Source: Syntrophales bacterium
Lineage (GTDB): Bacteria > Desulfobacterota > Syntrophia > Syntrophales > UBA2210
Reading direction: 5' to 3'
Assembly: GCA_963662405.2 (NCBI GenBank)
Contig: CAXXKT010000001.1
Coordinates: 1,632,001-1,696,000, forward strand
DNA length: 64,000 nucleotides
In this document: piece by piece, positions 59,566 through 64,000 of the stretch
Layout: each line of letters opens with the position of its first letter
How positions within the stretch are numbered: the stretch's first letter is position 1
The notes under the pieces: generated by a model
The model's database searches: none
The model's input: only the letters and a program-made list of their open reading frames with translations
What the model was told of the DNA's origin: nothing
Made by a program: the position numbers and the translations under genes

Positions 59566-60234
59566 ATGGCGGGGATGCGGCTGTGGCATGATATGTATAA
59601 AAAGATAGTCATTGCTGTCGTTTTTCTCTTGTTTATTACGGGACCGATCGGCCTGATTCCTGGATCGCTGTTTTCAGATGGATTGATACGATGTCTAGAG
59701 AAAATAACAACTGACGAGGATGTGATCCCGGCAGGAAGCTCATTCGACATGGTCTATATCTTGGGGGGTGGGCAAACAAGCCTTCAGGAGAAATATGCGC
59801 GGTTGGCTTCCCTGTATCGCCACATACACTGCGGAAGGATACTGATACTCGATAGACCTGGGATCACTGAATACGACCCTGAGGTAGAACGAAATCTCAC
59901 CAACAACGAATGGTCCCTGCTGCGGTTGGGGTGGCTTGGGATCAGGAGGCAGGATGTGGAGTTTCTGTCAATTCATGATGGGTATTTCGGGACGCTCAGC
60001 GAGGCAAGGGCGGTAACAGAGCTGATGGAAGCGCGTGAATACCGCACGGTACTCCTGATCACGGCCCCGCACCACACAGGACGGGTCAAGAGGAGCTTTC
60101 GTCACATGTTCGGTGACAGCAGGAGGAAATGCCTTGTTACCGGCTCGGCCGAAGAGGCACCTATCGGTGAATTGCTTATGGAGAATCTTAAACTGGTAGT
60201 CTATACTTTCATTCTGTTGCCTATGGAAGATTGA
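59566..60234 (+). CDS. YdcF/DUF218 (ElyC-like) family protein
   Basis: N-terminal TM, YILGGG, GTLSEA, LLITAPHHTGR. Confidence 0.72.
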   Translation: MAGMRLWHDMYKKIVIAVVFLLFITGPIGLIPGSLFSDGLIRCLEKITTDEDVIPAGSSFDMVYILGGGQTSLQEKYARLASLYRHIHCGRILILDRPGITEYDPEVERNLTNNEWSLLRLGWLGIRRQDVEFLSIHDGYFGTLSEARAVTELMEAREYRTVLLITAPHHTGRVKRSFRHMFGDSRRKCLVTGSAEEAPIGELLMENLKLVVYTFILLPMED

Positions 60235-60256
60235 GGAAAGTACGCGTACGGATTCG

Positions 60257-61159
60257 ATGTGGTCACCTGAAACCTCCATGAAGATCGATGTCGAGTATCT
60301 CTATCGGATGGCCAAGATGCGGATACCCGCAATCTCTTTTGCCCTGGCGGCGGTAGTTTTTTTTATCGCCTCTTACCACGAGACACTTGCTTGGATGTAT
60401 GGGCGTTATACCAGCCCTGAATCGTATTATTCTCACGGATTTTTGGTTCCCTTCGTCACGGCTTACCTCATCTGGCGCAAACGGGAGCAACTCGGGAACG
60501 AACCCGCTACCTTTTCGTGGTGGGGTCTCGTCCTTACCGTGGGAGGGCTGTTGGTACATGTCTTCGGGACCGTTATTTATGTCTTTTCGGTTTCCGGGTT
60601 TTCGATTTTTCTGTTGATCTTGGGAATGTCTCTCTTTCTCTTCGGGAGAAGAATTACACGGATCATCTTGTTCCCGCTGGCATTTACGATTTTTATGTTT
60701 CCCCTTCCCTCTGCCTTTATCAGCATTGTCTCTTTCCCCCTGAAGCTGTTCGTGGCGAAGAGCGGTGCTTGGATCGCGGGTTTGATGGGAATCCCCATTT
60801 ATCTCGAAGGGTTTTATATCACCATTCCTGCTGGGAGCCTTCTCGTCGGCAATCCCTGCAGCGGACTCAGGTCGCTGATCACCTTCCTGGCCCTCGGTTC
60901 CATCCTTGCGTACCTCAGCCCGGTTTCCCTGTGGCGGAGAGGGCTTATCCTCTTTCTTTCCGTTCCCACAGCGATCGTATCGAACGTTATCAGGGTTCCT
61001 CTCCTGATTGTTATATCTCATTATTGGGGTCTCGAGGCAGCTCGACCCGAAGGTTTTTGGCACGATGCGTCGGGTATCATGGTGTTCGTCATCGGATTTA
61101 TCCTACTTGTTTCCTTCGTGAGATTGCTGGAATGGAAAGCACCGGGAAAAGATACCTGA
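60257..61159 (+). CDS. Exosortase (EpsH/Xrt family)
   Basis: YYSHGFLVP, catalytic triad NPCSGLRS / NVIRV / FWHD, multiple TMs. Confidence 0.93.
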   Translation: MWSPETSMKIDVEYLYRMAKMRIPAISFALAAVVFFIASYHETLAWMYGRYTSPESYYSHGFLVPFVTAYLIWRKREQLGNEPATFSWWGLVLTVGGLLVHVFGTVIYVFSVSGFSIFLLILGMSLFLFGRRITRIILFPLAFTIFMFPLPSAFISIVSFPLKLFVAKSGAWIAGLMGIPIYLEGFYITIPAGSLLVGNPCSGLRSLITFLALGSILAYLSPVSLWRRGLILFLSVPTAIVSNVIRVPLLIVISHYWGLEAARPEGFWHDASGIMVFVIGFILLVSFVRLLEWKAPGKDT

Positions 61160-61773
61160 TTGTCCTTGCCCTTTTGGCCTTGGTCGCACTGGTTGTCAAT
61201 TATCTCAGTTATGACACCTTTGGTCGGACGGATAAGGGGTTAGCGGCGATCAATGGAATCCCCTACACCATAGGAAAGTGGGGCGGGAAGGATCTTCCGT
61301 TGGACCCAAGCGTGTACGAGCTATTGGAGACGAATACGATTATACACAGGAACTATCAGAGGGCTCATTCCTCTATCCTGTTATCGGTCGTATATTACCC
61401 CGAGACAAAAGTAGATTTTCATGCGCCCGAGAGTTGTCTGGGGGGAAAGGGAATACGTACGAAAAGCTCGGTCAGACAGATACAATTCAATTGTGAAGGA
61501 GATACCGTTAAACTCGCTATCAACATGATGACACGAGAGCAAGATGAAGAGAAGCAGCTCATTTATTATTTTTATAAGGCGGGTCCCTTTGTGGGTAGCA
61601 GCTATATAAAGCTTCGCTTTGCGGTGGCGTTCAACAAACTATCTAGCAGGAAGAAGAGCGGATCTCTGATTCGGGTGTCTACCCCGGTTATTCGAGACGA
61701 TTACAGCAGAGCTTCGCAAAAGCTGACTAAATTTATTGAAGAACTTTACCCGTATGTTATCGACTATCTGTAA
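61132..61773 (+). CDS. epsI: EpsI-family exosortase-associated protein
   Basis: MESTGKR + TM, IPYTIGKWGG, FHAPESCLGGKG, SLIRVS; overlaps exosortase by 28 nt. Confidence 0.87.
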   Translation: MESTGKRYLIVLALLALVALVVNYLSYDTFGRTDKGLAAINGIPYTIGKWGGKDLPLDPSVYELLETNTIIHRNYQRAHSSILLSVVYYPETKVDFHAPESCLGGKGIRTKSSVRQIQFNCEGDTVKLAINMMTREQDEEKQLIYYFYKAGPFVGSSYIKLRFAVAFNKLSSRKKSGSLIRVSTPVIRDDYSRASQKLTKFIEELYPYVIDYL

Positions 61774-61826
61774 TTTCCTCAATTATGAGTTTCACCTTAT
61801 ATAGCGTATAAGAAGATCTGAACGGT

Positions 61827-63287
61827 ATGCCTCAGACAGAAAAAACCCTGAGAAGTGATCTGTACCGGAATGTCCTGCTCCGTATCCCCGCACAAATAGT
61901 CTTTTTTATAACGTCTATTATTGTCGCGCGAATTTTAGATCCTCGAGATTTCGGGATCATGGGAATTTCCATGATCATCATAGGATATATAGATCTGTTT
62001 ACGAACTTCGGATTTATTCAGGCAATAATCCAGAAGAAAATAAGAGACGTCAGCGTACTCAATACCATATTCACCTTTAATATGGTTCTGTCCATACTGT
62101 TGGCGCTTACATTGGTCGTTTTTGCGGAGAATCTCGCCGCATTTTTTAATGCCGACGAGTCGGAGCATGTAATACAGGTCTTGTCGGTGATATTCGTTAT
62201 CACCGCATTCCAGATTATTCCCACGGCGAACCTGTTGCGAGACATGCATTTCGGAGAGCTTGCCATTGGCGAATTCATCAAAAGGTGTTCCGCGGCGTTT
62301 GTAACCCTGGTACTTGCATTAATGGGGTTTCGGTATTGGTCTCTTGTCATTGGGCAACTGAGCGCCGGGATAATTGTTGCCATATGGTTGTGCCTGAAGG
62401 CACGGTGGTTTCCATCCATAATATATCTGCATCATCAGATGAAAAAACTCTTTGACTTCGGGCTCTGGAATTTTCTGAATGCGCAACTTCTGTTTTACGC
62501 TGATAATATTGACAAGGTCTTAATGTCAAAGTATCACGGTCTGCTTATGCTTGGCTTCTATGATAAATCACAGAGTCTCTCGCGTTTCCCGATCAGTGCC
62601 TTGATGCTGAATATCAATGCGGTCATGTTTTCATCCTTCAGTAAAGATCAGGACGAGAAATTGCGCCTCCGACAGAACTTCCTGAAATCTCTCACGCTGA
62701 TTTCTGTTCTCGGATTCCCTGTTTATACAGGATTGATAGTGGTCGCTCCCTATTTTGTATATGGGTTGCTCGGTGCGAAGTGGAGCCCCATGATCGGCAG
62801 CTTTCAAATTATCTTGGGGGGATGTTTGCTCCGGACCGTTTATGGGTTGAGCTCGGAACTTAACATAGGAATCGGGAATTATAGAAGCAACGTGGTGCGA
62901 TTGTTTGTATCTGCGATTATATTCACGGCAGCCTGTTTTTTGCTTATTCAACAAGGACTTATTGGAATTTCATGTAGTTTCTTGCTATACTCTATCATCT
63001 TAACACTGTTGGGTGTGTCACTTGCAAAGAAGGGTATCGGCATTTCGTGGAGTCACTTCGCCGCGTCGGTTTTGCCGGGTCTCAAGGCGAGTCTGATAAT
63101 GGCCGGTGTTGTTATTTCTCTGTCGAGATTCTGTTGTGTTTCCTACACCGTCCTTAACTTATTCATCCTATCGCTGGCAGGAGCGGTTCTTTATTTTTTC
63201 TTGATGATGATCGAAAAAAACGAAATTGTGGTTGATATGAGGACATCCCTGATACATGACATCAGGCGGGTAACACCCTTTCGGTAA
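61827..63287 (+). CDS. Wzx-type polysaccharide flippase
   Basis: ARILDPRDFG, AIIQ, YWSLVIGQL, LLGAKW; many TMs. Confidence 0.9.
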   Translation: MPQTEKTLRSDLYRNVLLRIPAQIVFFITSIIVARILDPRDFGIMGISMIIIGYIDLFTNFGFIQAIIQKKIRDVSVLNTIFTFNMVLSILLALTLVVFAENLAAFFNADESEHVIQVLSVIFVITAFQIIPTANLLRDMHFGELAIGEFIKRCSAAFVTLVLALMGFRYWSLVIGQLSAGIIVAIWLCLKARWFPSIIYLHHQMKKLFDFGLWNFLNAQLLFYADNIDKVLMSKYHGLLMLGFYDKSQSLSRFPISALMLNINAVMFSSFSKDQDEKLRLRQNFLKSLTLISVLGFPVYTGLIVVAPYFVYGLLGAKWSPMIGSFQIILGGCLLRTVYGLSSELNIGIGNYRSNVVRLFVSAIIFTAACFLLIQQGLIGISCSFLLYSIILTLLGVSLAKKGIGISWSHFAASVLPGLKASLIMAGVVISLSRFCCVSYTVLNLFILSLAGAVLYFFLMMIEKNEIVVDMRTSLIHDIRRVTPFR

Positions 63288-63380
63288 GTCACTGAATCCC
63301 TGATAGTTGCTGAATCTGAATGGAAGAGATGATTCCCTTAGTAAATACTTTTAATGGACCTTTAGGGGAGTGGATACCGT

Positions 63381-64000
63381 ATGCTCACACAGGGTGAACC
63401 ATTCGTCGATGAGAGACATGGTCGTTTCTATTACCGGTGGTGGTTCTATTTCACCGTCCTGTACTTTATTGTGGATTATGTGCGACCTCAGAACACCTTT
63501 TCATGGGTCGGCTACCTCCGTCCCGGGGCCGTGACAATCACACTGCTGGTCATATTCATTGTATTCAGCCGACAAATATATCTTTCTAATACGAGACAGA
63601 CTCGATTTATCTGGGCCTTTGTCATCCTCCTGTTTATCCATGTCCCTTTTGCGGCAAACAACTACTATGCTCTCCTGGCGGCCCAAAACATGCTTAAATT
63701 CATGCCCTTTATCATGTCAGTGGTAATCCTCGTCTCCACCAGAAAACGTCTCAACCAGATGGTCGTAATTATGGTCGTAATCATGGCCTATATGAGTCTC
63801 TGGAGTATTACGCATGGAGGAAGGGGTGTGGGGGGGTGGTTTGGTGATGAAAACGACCTTGCGCTCTATATCAACGCGATGATGCCCTTTACACTGCACC
63901 TTTTTTATCATGCGCGAAGGACGCTTCTTAAAGTATTATACCTTGCTGTCTTTGGCCTTGGCGTTGGTGCCGTTATCGCTTCCTTTTCCCGGGGTGGGTT
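63381..64000 (+). CDS. O-antigen ligase/Wzy-like polymerase, 3'-truncated by window edge (missing from ORF track)
   Basis: Manual translation MLTQGEPF...DYVRPQ...FGDENDLAL...SFSRGG, open to window end; RBS AGGGGAG. Confidence 0.82.
   Translation, partial: MLTQGEPFVDERHGRFYYRWWFYFTVLYFIVDYVRPQNTFSWVGYLRPGAVTITLLVIFIVFSRQIYLSNTRQTRFIWAFVILLFIHVPFAANNYYALLAAQNMLKFMPFIMSVVILVSTRKRLNQMVVIMVVIMAYMSLWSITHGGRGVGGWFGDENDLALYINAMMPFTLHLFYHARRTLLKVLYLAVFGLGVGAVIASFSRGG

Noticed and set aside
60517..61131. 418-aa ORF extending epsI upstream across the exosortase
   Set aside because: The extension is an alternative frame of the exosortase with no protein-like features; real start is ATG 61132

Overview
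Chromosomal segment of an anaerobic deltaproteobacterium (Desulfobacterota/Syntrophales-like, inferred from gene content and protein style). 1-12.6 kb is accessory/metabolic: 3' part of a Na+-translocating decarboxylase beta subunit, a decayed tRNA-Leu, a CsgG-like lipoprotein, a minus-strand run of two tandem cstA paralogs + small protein + ArsA/Get3-type ATPase + baeRF-type protein, and AmmeMemoRadiSam proteins B and A. 12.7-41.8 kb is the core translation supercluster (tRNA Thr-Tyr-Gly-Thr, rpmG, tRNA-Trp, secE, nusG, rplKAJL, rpoBC, rpsLG, tuf, S10-spc-alpha), lacking fusA, the tRNA-linked tuf and adk at their usual positions; its EF-Tu has an altered aminoacyl-binding pocket. After folC, 43.7-64 kb is an exosortase (PEP-CTERM/XrtA-type) Wzx/Wzy exopolysaccharide locus with unusual parts: a degenerate GAF-GGDEF protein with intact I-site, a Walker-A-defective BY-kinase homolog, an OM beta-barrel, an 848-aa SPOR-Fn3-double-OPX exporter, two TSP3-repeat OmpA lipoproteins, a Cys-repeat lipoprotein and a long structured leader. 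No CRISPR array, rRNA, transposase or integrase was seen. All family calls are by motif recognition, not database search.
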